Shown here: piece by piece, positions 12,186-24,200 of the stretch
Layout: each line of letters begins with the position of its first letter
Position numbering within the stretch: the first letter of the stretch is position 1
From: Tricharina praecox
Lineage: Eukaryota
Reading direction: 5' to 3'
Length of the DNA stretch: 64,000 nt
Assembly: GCF_024521635.1 (NCBI RefSeq)
Contig: NW_026250415.1
Coordinates: 62,001-126,000 of the forward strand
Made by a program: the position numbers and the translations under genes
The notes under the pieces: model-generated
What the model was told of the DNA's origin: nothing
The model's database searches: none
What the model saw: the letters and a program-made list of their open reading frames with translations, nothing else

Positions 12186-13066
12186 TGTCCGGTGTCCAGT
12201 GTCAACTGTCGTGTGCCGAGTGTCTAGCTTTAACCGCGTTGCAACGGGGCGGGGCGCGGCGGGGCGGGGAGAGGGGAGGGGGAGACGATTGGCCACTGTG
12301 GATGGACACTGAAGGTATGTAGATCCTACTCTCCAAAGCAATTGGCAGTTGGCAGGCAGCATTCCGCACCGCACCCCGCACCCCGTCCACTCTTCACTGT
12401 CCACTGTCCAGTGCCCACTCTCCACTCTCCAGTGACAGCTCGCCCTCGAGTCTTAACTCTCGATTCTCGACTCAAACTTGACGATGCCAGGTACCCGCAT
12501 CGTGTCGTGTCGCACCTGCACTCGCCGGCGCCGCAACTTTAGTTGCAACTTGCAACCCCTCACTTCTCGACGTCCGATTCGCTCGTGAGCTCTTTGTACT
12601 ATTATTCGCGCGCTGCCACCAGCGCCACCAGCGCGCCGCCGATCCTCCCACCAGCGGCACGCCACCAGCATCACGCCACAACGGCGCTGTCGCAGCGATA
12701 CTTTAGCTGCGACAGTGTGGCTGCCAAGTAACGAAGTACCTGGTGTGGGTACACTCGCGACTCGTTTACATGGCAGACGGGTTATGTAGAGCAAGTGGTG
12801 GACACGCATCTCAGTGCGGGTCGGATGTACTCGTCGAGACTTGAGAACAGGGTGCTCGTCGAGAGATGTAACGGTGTAACGGGCATGTGAGTGTGGCTGA
12901 GGCTTGCATACGGTACTCTACTGATGTCTCTATCCTAGAGCAGGTAGAGAAGGTACATAGCGCCCCCCGCCGGCGAGAAACAAAAACGGCGAAGTCATCT
13001 GTAGCAGGTTGAAATTCCCCGGAAATCGGATGGCGTTGGCGCCTACACAGAGAACTCTAACATCGT

Positions 13067-13121
13067 AAACGGAATAAACGGAATCGTAAACGGAATACCT
13101 AAACGGAATACCCACGACCTA
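13067..13121. repeat. Four AAACGGAAT direct repeats ending in CCCACGACCTA; possible hAT transposon terminus relic
   Basis: AAACGG at 13067, 13076, 13088 and 13101. Confidence 0.55.
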
Positions 13122-15902
13122 GGTAATTCGTCGGAGCTCGACGACACTACCACCAAGGTATATGGAACTTGAAGTGACTAGAGCACAGAACTATCGTTCC
13201 GATACTTCCCCGAACCCGATGTTCGAACCCGAGGGCTCTACTTACAAACGGCACTTACCTACCTCCCCGCAGCGCTGTGGAAAATCGAGATATGTAGAGA
13301 TAGAGGTAGAAGTAGAGATGGAGATGGAGATGGAGTACGCCTCACGGTCCACGGCCCACGGCTCTGGCCCACAGTCCTGGTTAACGACTCGACGACTCGA
13401 CGGCCGAGACATCCTACATACCACCTACGCACGCACGGAGCATCGCGGCATCGCCTCACGAGTCTCACCCAGCGGCCCGCACCGAAGAGTGAAACCCGGG
13501 CTGGCAGGGCGGTCCGACGAGACATCTGCGCACGGAGACTCGAGAGTGGCTCCTGTCCACGAGACCCCCGCTCCCCTTGAGGCTTGCACTCGCTCCCCCC
13601 GCGCTACGCGCTGGACAGGTTGGATGGATGAAAGGATGGGAGGATGGATGAGAGGATGGATGCCGAGCCCGTCATCCGGTGCTCTACCGTATTCTGCTTG
13701 GGTACTGGTGGTGCTAGCTACTAGCCGGCCAGTAGGAGGAGCAGCCGGCCCGAAGTTCGAACCAGTGCTCTCTCTCTCTCCGGCTAGTTGGAGGAATCAT
13801 CCAGTCAAATACCCGAGACTCGAGTCGTAGGCAAAACCGGTATTGATAGTGTGTTAACTATTCCAAGTGGTCAGTCGCAACGGGAGATGCATCAAATTTC
13901 GAAATCCCCCTTCCCCTCGAAATCCCTACAAAAACAATCATAACAATAGCAGTCACTCTGTACGTACCGCCGCGCTAAGATTGAAGGCCTACTGCAGGCA
14001 GCAGAAGCTCGGACGTTGCGACTCCCGGCAAAAGAAGAAGAAGCCGCAGAAGAGGAAATCCGATGGATGGCTGAAATTTGAATCGAAGCGAGGGGAAAGG
14101 GAAGCCTCCAAGAGGGAAGGAGGATGGAGAGCATATGTAGCCGCAGGTGTCAGCAACTACTAGCATAGTAGCAAAGCACTAGTACAATGTATCTGCGGTA
14201 TCTGCGGTAGACTCTATGTACGTAGAGGAGTGGGCGGGATCCGGCGGACGGGTCGGAATACACATGAATGTATTTGGATGCGGGAAAGTGCTCGGAAAGT
14301 CCTCAGAGAGAAGAGGAGAGAAGAGGAGGAGAGAGGAACGATAGCGACGCCCCGGGTCGTGTATCCGTACTGTGTATGTAGGAAGGAAGGAATCCGTGTA
14401 ACTACACACAAATACACATACATGCCTGCATGTGTACCGCGATGCAATGCATGAGCCGGGACCGCTGTGCTCTGCCGTATGTGAGCCTGCCTGCATCGAG
14501 GGCGGCTGCATCGTGGCCGGCTGCATCAAGACGGCTGCGTCGAGGGCCGGCTGGCTGCTTCTGTAGAATCTAGATGGTTCACAAACGAGCACTGCACGAG
14601 CATGGGCATGAGCATGAACACAAGCACCAGTTGGACCGACCGGCGACCACGTCCGTGACGCCATCCCCCCATCCTTCTACCCTCGTGAGTCCCATTCACA
14701 GCTAAGTTCCAAGCCGTGCCCGCTCCCCGCCCCACAGCTGTCGGCATCAGGCGTCTCGTCCACACCCTCGTCACTCGTGTGGATACGGTAACAGTAACAA
14801 CAATAGCAACAGCAACAGCCACTTCTGCTTCCCTTTGCCTCTGCCATTGCCATTGACATTGCCACTGCCTCTGCCTTTCCACAACACCCGCACAACATCC
14901 CCTCCCTCCCCCTGACGGCGGCGTGTTGCCACCCGCATCTCGGCCAAGCACAGCGCACTTCCTGCCCGCACGCTCGCGCTGCAGTGCGGAGTGCCCATCT
15001 GCCGTACCTATTCTATATACCGCAGGAAGCGAACCATCGTTCCTCTTCTTGTGTACTATCGTGTCTCAGGTATGATTCTAGCACCCGAGACTGAGACCGC
15101 GAGCACCAAGCACCATGCAAAGTACCAAGCTCGTCCGTGCACCGCCCGCACCCGCCCGTAAAGAACTCTCCGCTCCCGCTCCCGCCGCCCCCACCCATCA
15201 CGCACCCACCGCGCGCCCACTGCCACCGCCGCTCGTGATCGCCGCTAACTATCGTACGGAGATATATCGTGTCGCGCTCTTGAACATTTTTTATTTTTTT
15301 TTGTTCGATCGCACTCACATTTCACTCTTGAATTTTCTCTCTTTTTCCAAGTTCCATATGAACCGAGTGATATCCCATGACCGCACATCCTCCGCCAGAG
15401 CATCGCACATCCACATGTCCATCCACAAGCCCGTTGCGCTCCCTTCACCCGCGCCGAGCCCTCGGCTACTCTAGTTTCCCATCGAGTACCGAGCCGCAGC
15501 CTTCACGAGTCACGACCTCCCCATTTCCAACAACTTCAAACTTCATAACTCACCCATCACATCACCTCCAAATTCACCTTCATCCAAAGGCCACAACCAA
15601 CCAACCAATCGCACAGAGCTCTCTCTCAGGGCAACCATTTCGATTAAGCACCCGTACCGGTAGCGGCGGCAGCGGCGGCGCACGGAGAAGAAGACGAGAA
15701 AAAAAATGAAATAAAAAAATAAAAACCCGGTAAAACTATACACCAGCAGACTACGACTGGGCATTTTCCTCCTCCTAACTGTCTCCCCGCGCCCTTCACC
15801 CCCACTCTATGGTATTGCACTTGCTCCCGCACATCGACACGTTCAACTAGTTCATCTCACATTTCTCCCCCTCCCCCCCTCGCACTCCCGCAGTGTCAAG
15901 AA

Positions 15903-17735
15903 TTACAACAACAGCTCCAATGGGTTCTCGACAATCTTTTTGAGAGCGCCCATGAACTCGGCGCCGACGGCACCATCGACAGCCCTGATGGTTATTGTCA
16001 GCACGCATTCATTCGTTTCAGGTCGGGGAAGGGGGGACGAACCGGTGATCGAAAGATCCGGAGAAGACAATCTGGCTGTCCCACTCGATGCCTCCATCCT
16101 TACCCTCGACAGCGACCTTCTTGACAGCGCCGACAGCAAGGATACCAGCCTGGGGCGGGTTGATGATGGCAGTGAAGCGCTCGACGGCCGGGTTCATGCC
16201 CATGTTCGAGATGGTGAAGGTTCCACCCTGGTATTGTTCTGGCTTGAGCTTACCGTCGCGCGCGAGGGCGGCCAGGGACTTGACGTCCTTGGAGATTGCG
16301 ACGAGACCCTTGGCTTGCGCGTTGGTCACGATGGGCGTCATCAGGCCGACGGGGGTCGCGACCGCGACGGAAATGTCCGCGGTCGAGAACTGCTTGATGA
16401 TGCCTTCGCTCTCGCGGTAGGACGAGTTGACCTGCGGGACCTTGAGGAGCGCGGCGGCGACGGCCTTGATGATGAAGTCGTTCACTGACAGCTTGTACTC
16501 ACCGTTGGCGGAGGCGTTGAGGGCCTGGCGGAGCTTGAGTAGCTTGCTGACCGACAGCGACGACTGGACGTAGTAGTGGGGGTTGGTGTTCTTGGACTCG
16601 GTGAGGCGCTGGGAGATCACCTTGCGCATGGCCGTGAGGGGGATGTCGGTGCTGGTGGGGGCAGCGGCGGCAGCGCCGGCGCTGGATGCACCGGAAGGCT
16701 TGTAGTTCTTGACATCGGCCTCGGTGATACGTCCACCCTCACCGGTACCCTTCACGCTCTTGAGCGGGATACCCTTCTCGAGAGCGAGTGCCTTGGCGAG
16801 AGGAGAGGCGCGAATGCGGCCGCCATCCAACTCGAGAACAGTCTGGAGCTTACCCTCGAATTCCTTGGGCTGCTCGGCAGTCTCAGCGACGGGGGCGGGG
16901 GCGGCCTTCTCCTCGGACTTCTCGTCGGACTTCTCCTCCTTCGGGGCCGGCTTAGACTCGCCACCAGCGTCGGCCAGGGTGAAGTCGGCGAACGCGGCAA
17001 TGTCACCGCCCTCCTCAATAACGATGGCAATCGGCTGCGCACACAGTCAGCGACCTACTACCGCTGATCGGAGGACCAAGACGGGCATACGTTTCCGACA
17101 GCAACATCCTTCTCGCCAGACTGCTTCAAGATCTTGGCTAGGACACCATCCTCCTGGAACTCAAAGTCCATCTGTGCCTTGTCTGTCTCGATCTCGACCA
17201 ACACATCACCGGGGGCGATGGCATCTCCAGGCTTCTTCTGCCACGTGCCGACGTTACCGGCGGTCATGGTGGGAGAGAGAGCAGGCATGGCCACGATCGT
17301 GTGGGGAGGGAACGCTATCGCCACGAATCCATCGTCAGCCGGTCGGTTTCATGCATTGAACACATCGGGTACGTGTAGTAGTAGATAGCAGGCGGAAATA
17401 TACATTTCGAGGCATAGTGCCTGGAGAGCAGAGTAGCAAGGCATTGCGGCGTGTTTGTTCTGTGTGTGCGGATAAATCATCGTCAGCCGCCGTTGAACTC
17501 CGTGACGAAGAAAATTATATGCGATGTGGCGAGAAGCCATTCCCCCCCGCCGCGAAACCATTCCCCGCGCGAAACGCCCTCATTAACTCGGCGACGGCAT
17601 TATCATCAAGGAGAGGCGGAATCGCCGCCGGGGAAGTCCAATGACTAAGGAATATCAAACTTACACTCGCAGCAGACCGGCACTCTTGACACCTCCAAAA
17701 GCACGCGAAGAAGCTCTCACTAGTGTAGCCGACAT
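15903..17735 (-). CDS. LAT1: Pyruvate dehydrogenase complex E2, dihydrolipoamide acetyltransferase, mitochondrial
   Basis: Exons 17665-17735, 17404-17459, 17091-17314, 16043-17034, 15903-15984. Mitochondrial presequence ending RHYASK, lipoyl motif EIETDKA, E3-binding ASPLAK...GTGEGGRI, catalytic DHRAVDG. Confidence 0.97.
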
Positions 17736-19081
17736 GATTCTCTTTCGGGGCTATTGTTGAATTGACACCGCACGCAGGAGGAGGATGGAGGGGATGAGGA
17801 GGAAGACTGGGACGTCTTTGGCGGAGGAGAAGGAGTCGTTGGTGGGGGTTCTGGGTTGGAGAGGGATGTCGTCGGAGAGAAGAGGTGTGAGGTATTGCGG
17901 TTGTCTCGGAGATCCTAGATCAAGGGTTAGCAGTGTTGGTGGTGGAGTTGAGAAATTTCGTTGGGAAGTCCCCAAGCCACCACCCATGAGCGCAAAAAAA
18001 TGTGTCGAACGAACGAGAGAGCATCAAAGGCTGGTACGATGTATCAATGAGGTCGATTCGAAGTCTCCTCTGTACGTATATCGATGCTCTGATACATTCG
18101 TTGTTGCCCATACCAGGAAAACCGCTGTGCGGAGATCTCCGCTATCGCGGGCGTGTCTGTGCACCCCCACCAACACCCTCCACCGCTAGTTAATCAGAGC
18201 TTCTCACTCGGTATTCTGATTCCACGTCCATGATTCCGCAGTCTAAGTGCGCAGGCGGGCTACGTGACCGTCTTCGTTGGCGGTAACGGGGATGCCAGGC
18301 CGTACCGGACGCGCGAACCCCAGGAAAGGCGGAAGTCAGGGGAGAGAGGCGAGGGGGCAGCAGGAGGAGCGGGCACGAAGGCCCATGCCGGTCTTTACTG
18401 TCAATCTACGCTTTGCTTGTGTCGGCCCGAGGTGGATGGGTGGGAAAGTGGGGCGCCGCATCGAACTGGTTGGTACCGGGGCTTTCACCTCGACTGGCCA
18501 GGGCGGACAGGAAAAGGAGTGCGTTGGTTCGCCATAGTCTAGACAGGTCGCATGTGACAATAAATCGATGTTCTCTCTCTCTGAGCACACAGTTGGGTAT
18601 ATAAGTCAAGATCTGGATGGTGGCCGTCATGACTGCAGCCACACTGAAGTGGAAGCACTGTTGAGCAAAGCTTACTGGTTATTTTACTGTTTCCAGGCCC
18701 TCAATATCGAGTCGATATCAACACAGTTTGTGCTGCGTCCGGCAGACTATGGTCTGACTCTCCATTGTAGCTCGACTGACCACGAAAATAGTCTACCGCC
18801 GAAGCTTGTCCGTGCTGGAAGCGACTCGAATCTCGCTCTACCTGAGCACGAATCATGATACCACTCCACTCACCCGTAGCTTCAAACCTACGTCCCCTTC
18901 GACCCGTCATGAAATCCCAATCCTCCCCGAGGTTAAGCATAACACACGTACCTGCCATATATAACTCCCCCCCCTTCCCCTCGTCCTCCACCTGCATCCA
19001 CACAGACCAACTGCACTACCTACGACTACCTACGACTACCTACTGCTCCGATAACAATCTCGTCAAAAACACACCTACAAA

Positions 19082-19345
19082 ATGCAAGTCTCCACGCTGA
19101 TCCTCTCCATCCTGATCGCGGCCCTCCTTGCCGCCCAGGTCCTCGCCGCACCGGTACCGAAGAACGTCTTCCGCCCCGAAAACTACGGCATGGGCTATCG
19201 CGGCCGCAAGACGTCTGGCCCACGCAATTACCAGCCATTCCCGGGCGCTTTTGGACGTATCCTTGGTCCCGATGACGCTGAGCCCAGAGTCGACCGCGTC
19301 GACAAGGTCGATTGCGTCGATAAGGTCGATAGTGTTTGTGCTTAG
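19082..19345 (+). CDS. Small putative secreted peptide (87 aa), orphan
   Basis: ATG in an A-rich context, hydrophobic signal peptide ending VLA-APVPK, C-ending codon bias like the real genes here, TATATAA about 120 nt upstream. Confidence 0.65.
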   Translation: MQVSTLILSILIAALLAAQVLAAPVPKNVFRPENYGMGYRGRKTSGPRNYQPFPGAFGRILGPDDAEPRVDRVDKVDCVDKVDSVCA

Positions 19346-19535
19346 GGGAAGGGGAATAGGTGGGAATGGGTGATGGAAAGGGAAGGGGTGGTGAAATGTG
19401 GAAATGATTGCATGATTTACGTGAACTGAGGAGGAAGGGTTAATTGGTGGCGTAATGGAAAGGCGGTGGAGTAATAGCGAATAGAACAGTCTAGAGACTA
19501 TTCGTGGAAATCTTGAGTTACGGATGATCTGAATG

Positions 19536-19753
19536 CCGTATCTACTCGTTCATAAGACATAACCGCTCAACATTCTGAATGAGCTTGCCGAGTGGCAATG
19601 GAAGTCCATTAACCGCTTTCGTCGCCATGTGATCACGATCTCTTGTACAAAGCACCATACAGCCCTCTGTCGGCGCGCTTGTGCCACCCTTTTCCACTCG
19701 GCAAGCTCATTCAGAATGCTTAGTGGTTGTATCTTATGAACGAGTAAATACGG
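19536..19753. mobile_element. Foldback / MITE-like element with 60-bp inverted arms
   Basis: 19536-19595 is the reverse complement of 19694-19753 at 54/60 positions; ends CCGTA...TACGG; 98-nt spacer. Confidence 0.75.
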
Positions 19754-21283
19754 TGTTATTGAGCTGCATGTCACATCGACGAACCGTGATCCTGTAGAAT
19801 GTACATGAGTTCGTGTGGTCAAAGGATTGGGAGATGGAACGGTGACGAACGGTATGGAAATCCTCAACCTTACTGATGTTGGGCTTCGGGTTGGGAAGAG
19901 TAGATGGAGATAAACTCTAGGTAGATGTGAACGAGTCCATGTGAGGTGAGAGAGGATATCCAAGAGCCTGTCAGCCATCCTTCGTTCTGTCCACCTGTCC
20001 CTCTAATGCCACCGCTCGGGTAGTGACAAATTTTTCATGGTCAGAAAGTTTGCCCTCAACGGCCTTGGGTCCTCTGCATGAATTGACAGCCTCCAGGAGT
20101 ATGGGCTGGGATTTCAGCTGAGAGAATATTCTCAGACTGCACCGCCGAGGCTTCGGAGTCTATTCGAAGTTAAAGTGAGATTATGCACTGCCTGGCTGAA
20201 AGAGAATGAGTACTCATGCCGCCAGGGCTAGGCGAGATGACTATCGGTCCATGTCCGACTGTCGACGCAGCAGCCCGAGTAGAATAGTCAACCATCCGTC
20301 CTCCCGCCAGTCCAATTAAGGGCCCGGGGGGCAGGTGAACTGGGTCAACTCTTCGCTCTCTCGTTGTCGAAATCCATGGAAGTTGGTAGACGATCCTTTA
20401 TGTGATAATGGGAGCTAGCAGCACCCATCTTGGAAGCTTCACTTGCGTCGCCCTCCGAATCGCAGCGCAACGACTGAGACCCCTCCCGCTAGCGTAGCTA
20501 TCACGTGACCAGAGGAGCAAGTTCCCCAACATCGCGTAGAAGAAGAAACAAGTGCGACGGATACAGCCGGGTTGACTCGGTCTGTATCGCTGTTTCTCTT
20601 GTCACAATATTCTATGCCTGAATTATCGTACATAACTTCTTTCCATGTATTTCGATCTCAATGCATCGTTCTCTGGAGGGCCGTGAGACACCTTCTCCAG
20701 GTTTGCGCGATTGCGGGGAGCATGCGGCCGTAGCTAGGGACTGCGAAAACAGATAAGCGTTGCTGGTCGGGGCAAATATTTTAGGGTTTGTTTTCGACTT
20801 TTGCGTCATGTGATGGATTACAGTTTATCGTCGGTCGGGGTCCGGGAGGCTCATCAGATGCCACCGTGGTTGCTTGTGTGGCGATGATGATGCTAGCGAT
20901 GAGAATGATGCCGGGAAGTTGGGGAGACGGCATCGCCGTTTTGGGTGCGAGGACTGCTGCAAACGGGAATTATCCGTGCCAAGCCGTGAAAAAAATAGTG
21001 CTGGTTTTTGAGTGACACGCATTATTCTTTCCCCTACCCCCTCCCTCTGCCTCTTCTGACCGATCATCACCACCACCACCGAATCGTCTCAGCCTCACCC
21101 GCCCGCACACTGCACCACACACACAAAAAAGCTTCTGCTTCGCACGTAACGAAACGAGCCCGCACGCTACAAACAGACAGACCCGTACTTACACTTACCT
21201 GTTCTCTATCTCAACTCTACCAACTTCGCTCCTCGCTGTCTCCGCCTGCGATCGACCGAAAACAAAACCAACTTACAACCACA

Positions 21284-24200
21284 ATGTCGTCCTCTCATTT
21301 TGTCACCTCCTTCTCCTCCGCCGCTGCCGGAAAGGATACTGGGAACAGTAATCACCATGCAGCGAATTCGTCCGGTGGAAGTGGAAATAGTGGTGGAGGT
21401 GGTGGAGGTGGGGTTGCTGGCTCTGGGTCCGGGGATTGGTGAGTTTGGCTTTGCACCTGCACCCTTGCCCGCGATGGATTTGGTTTTTTTTTATTTGTGC
21501 GATGGGAGTGGGGAAGGTATGCCGATGGCGCCGGGATGAGGTTGTCGTGGACTGTGGATTATCCCCACCGTGTTGATCCTCTCATCCACCCCCGCTCCCC
21601 TCCCTTGCTCCACGATGTGTGCCATCTGTGCGTGGAATGAGGAATGAGGCTCGTGTTTTGGCGGTTGCAGACGTTAATTGAGGTCGTTTGATGGTGACGG
21701 CAGTGGCGGCGGGTGGCACTTTTGCTCAACTCGCACACAATTCTGAGATCTACGTATGTTGGGAATTGTGCTGATAAACGTATCTTTGGCTGCAGGTCTC
21801 GCCGTGTCAATGGAGCCGTTAGCAACTCTACTACTCGTCGCCCCTCTCTCTCGACCACTCTCACTCACAACAATAACGCCGCTTCGACTGTCCCTTTAAC
21901 GTCGGCGGCTTCCAACGTCTATCACCCTCCACACCATTACAACCGCCAGGCGGTGGCGGCACCCGGTACATACGGCAAAGACGAGCTCCTCAGCCTATTT
22001 AGGGTGCAGGAGAGCGGCGGGTCTATGGGTAGTAAGTTGGCGGACTTGGTGGATACCGATTTCGGTGGCTCGGCAACTGCCTCTGGTGGGTGGGGTAGGA
22101 GCGGGGATGAAGCCACTAATGGTGTCGATATGTGCTGGGAGAAGGATGGCGGTTTGAAACCGGTTTCTCTCGAGGACATGACGGAGGAAGAACGAGAGGT
22201 TGGACACTCCCACACACAGCCTCGTTTTCGTTGTTTCTTTTCCTTGCCTGTAGACGACACGGTTTGCTAATCTCGACTCTTTAGTTCTTTGCCGCCAATG
22301 TCAACTCCGCTCTCAAAGTACCGAACAACAATAACAACATCAACCCCAACACTACTCAAGGCATCCCCAATAATCACGGCACTCCACCGCCGAACCGCAA
22401 TAAGGCACCGGGTGTTGGAGTAACTCCTGGCAGCAGTCGTCCCACGACTCGTCGCCGCGACACTTCGGACGCAGGCCTGAGTGGTAATCCTTTCACGAAC
22501 GCGACTCCGCCGCAGATTGCCAGACGTCGCACCGACTTGCGCGGTGAAGGCGATGAGGTCGGTAGTCCCGTCCGAGATCGCACCTTCTTCGGTCGTTGGG
22601 GCACGAATCCCGGTCCCGGTGAAGACGAGATGGAGAAAAAAGACGACGGATCCGTCGGCGGTAGTGTGGGTCGGAACACTGGGCTGTTTAGACGGGGAAG
22701 TGGGGCCGCATGGGGCAGTACGGGCTCTGGCAGTGCTCTCAACTCTCCCATGGGTACTTTCGGCGGCGCTTTTGGTGGTGGCCCGATGGGTGGCTTTGCC
22801 CTCCAATCTGGTGACAAGCCCAAGGGTGCTCAGAAAGGTGCTCCCGGTGGCTCTGCCCATCCGAAGGTTGAAGATGTGGACGAACGTGCCGAAGAGGATG
22901 ATCATCGTTCCCAGCAACCTCATTCCGAAGGTACCGATGATGGAGACCGTGAGAGACCCATGACCTCCGACACGGATCCGTTTGGACACGGTGGCGCCTC
23001 TCGTGACGAACAACAACAGCAGCAGCACTCTCACGACGACCGAAATTCGCCACTCCCGACTCCTGGGCTTCAGGACCAACAACGGATGAAGGCCTCCCCA
23101 TTCGGTCCAGGTGCAGGCATCAGCATATCGACGTCGGGCCAGCCAAGAATCGGCAGTGCAATCGGCACACCGACCAAACAGCGCAGTGATTTGGGGGCCT
23201 TCGGTGCCTTCGGTGGATCTCGCGAGGGCCTTGGTGGCATGGGCACTCTGGGCATGTCTGGGCTCCACCACCAGTTGCAGAATCTGACTTTCAATCAGCA
23301 AGGCCAGGTTCCGCTCAGGCGCTCCAGGGAGGGCAGCATCGGCAACGCCTTAGCTGGCGACAACGAGCCGCTGAGCCCTGCGGAGACGAACCCGTTCCAG
23401 AGCCCGCCACCTGAGAAGGTGGACGATGACGGGATGTTGCACGACAACAGCGATGGTGGGGGGTTGGGGAGTGTGATTGCGGGGTTGAGGAAGGGGGAGA
23501 GTCATGTGGGTGCACCGGGAAGCGATAGGAGTGGTAGAAGCTCTACGGCAGGACTTGGCAGCGTTGGTGGTGGAGGTTTGGGTGGTTTTGGTGGATTGTC
23601 TGGTCCTAGCCTCTGGGGAGGTGGACAGGCATCCACTCCTGGAATCGGTTCATCTGGAACTCCAAATTCTTTCTTTGGTGGGGGATTGGGTGACTTGTCG
23701 AGCCCCGGTGGTCTCGCTGGCGGAGGCCTGTTGTCCGGTGGCATCGGCGGGTTGGGCGGATCGAGCCATTTCGGATCCGCGAGTAGATCAAGCAGATTGG
23801 GCCAGCTGTTTCCCGAGAATCAGCACCAGGATGATGGTCAAGGTGGATACGATCAAGATACATTTGGTGGCGACTCGCGTTTCGTCGTATTCGGTAGCCG
23901 CAACAGGGGATTTGGAAGCATTAACGACAGTCCTATGAGGGAGCGTGGAGATGTTGCCGACTTGTTCGGATTCCCGTCCGCACGCAGTCTTTCTAACCTT
24001 GCCGGTACCGCTGCCAGTCAGGAGAATCCCATGTTTGCTCGCGACCGCGATGACTCGGTGTCTGCACTCCATCAAGCTCACCAGCAGCAGGATTCGCCGC
24101 TTGGTGCTGGTGTCCAGACTCCCGGCGGACAGCCACTCCGTCCCCCTCCAGGAACCCTGCCGCCGCAGCCTCAACACGTCATGATCATGCCGGATAAGAT

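Noticed and set aside
17460..17664. Intronic C/D snoRNA in LAT1 intron 1
   Set aside because: Only a loose TGATGA is present; the candidate D box is the branch-point CTGAC, and there is no terminal stem.
18190..18600. RNase MRP/P or telomerase RNA divergent from LAT1
   Set aside because: GAAAGCCCCGG on the minus strand is only a partial CR-I match, with no convincing CR-V or template.
19550..19978. 142-aa ORF on the minus strand
   Set aside because: It runs through the foldback element and has no recognisable domain or codon bias.
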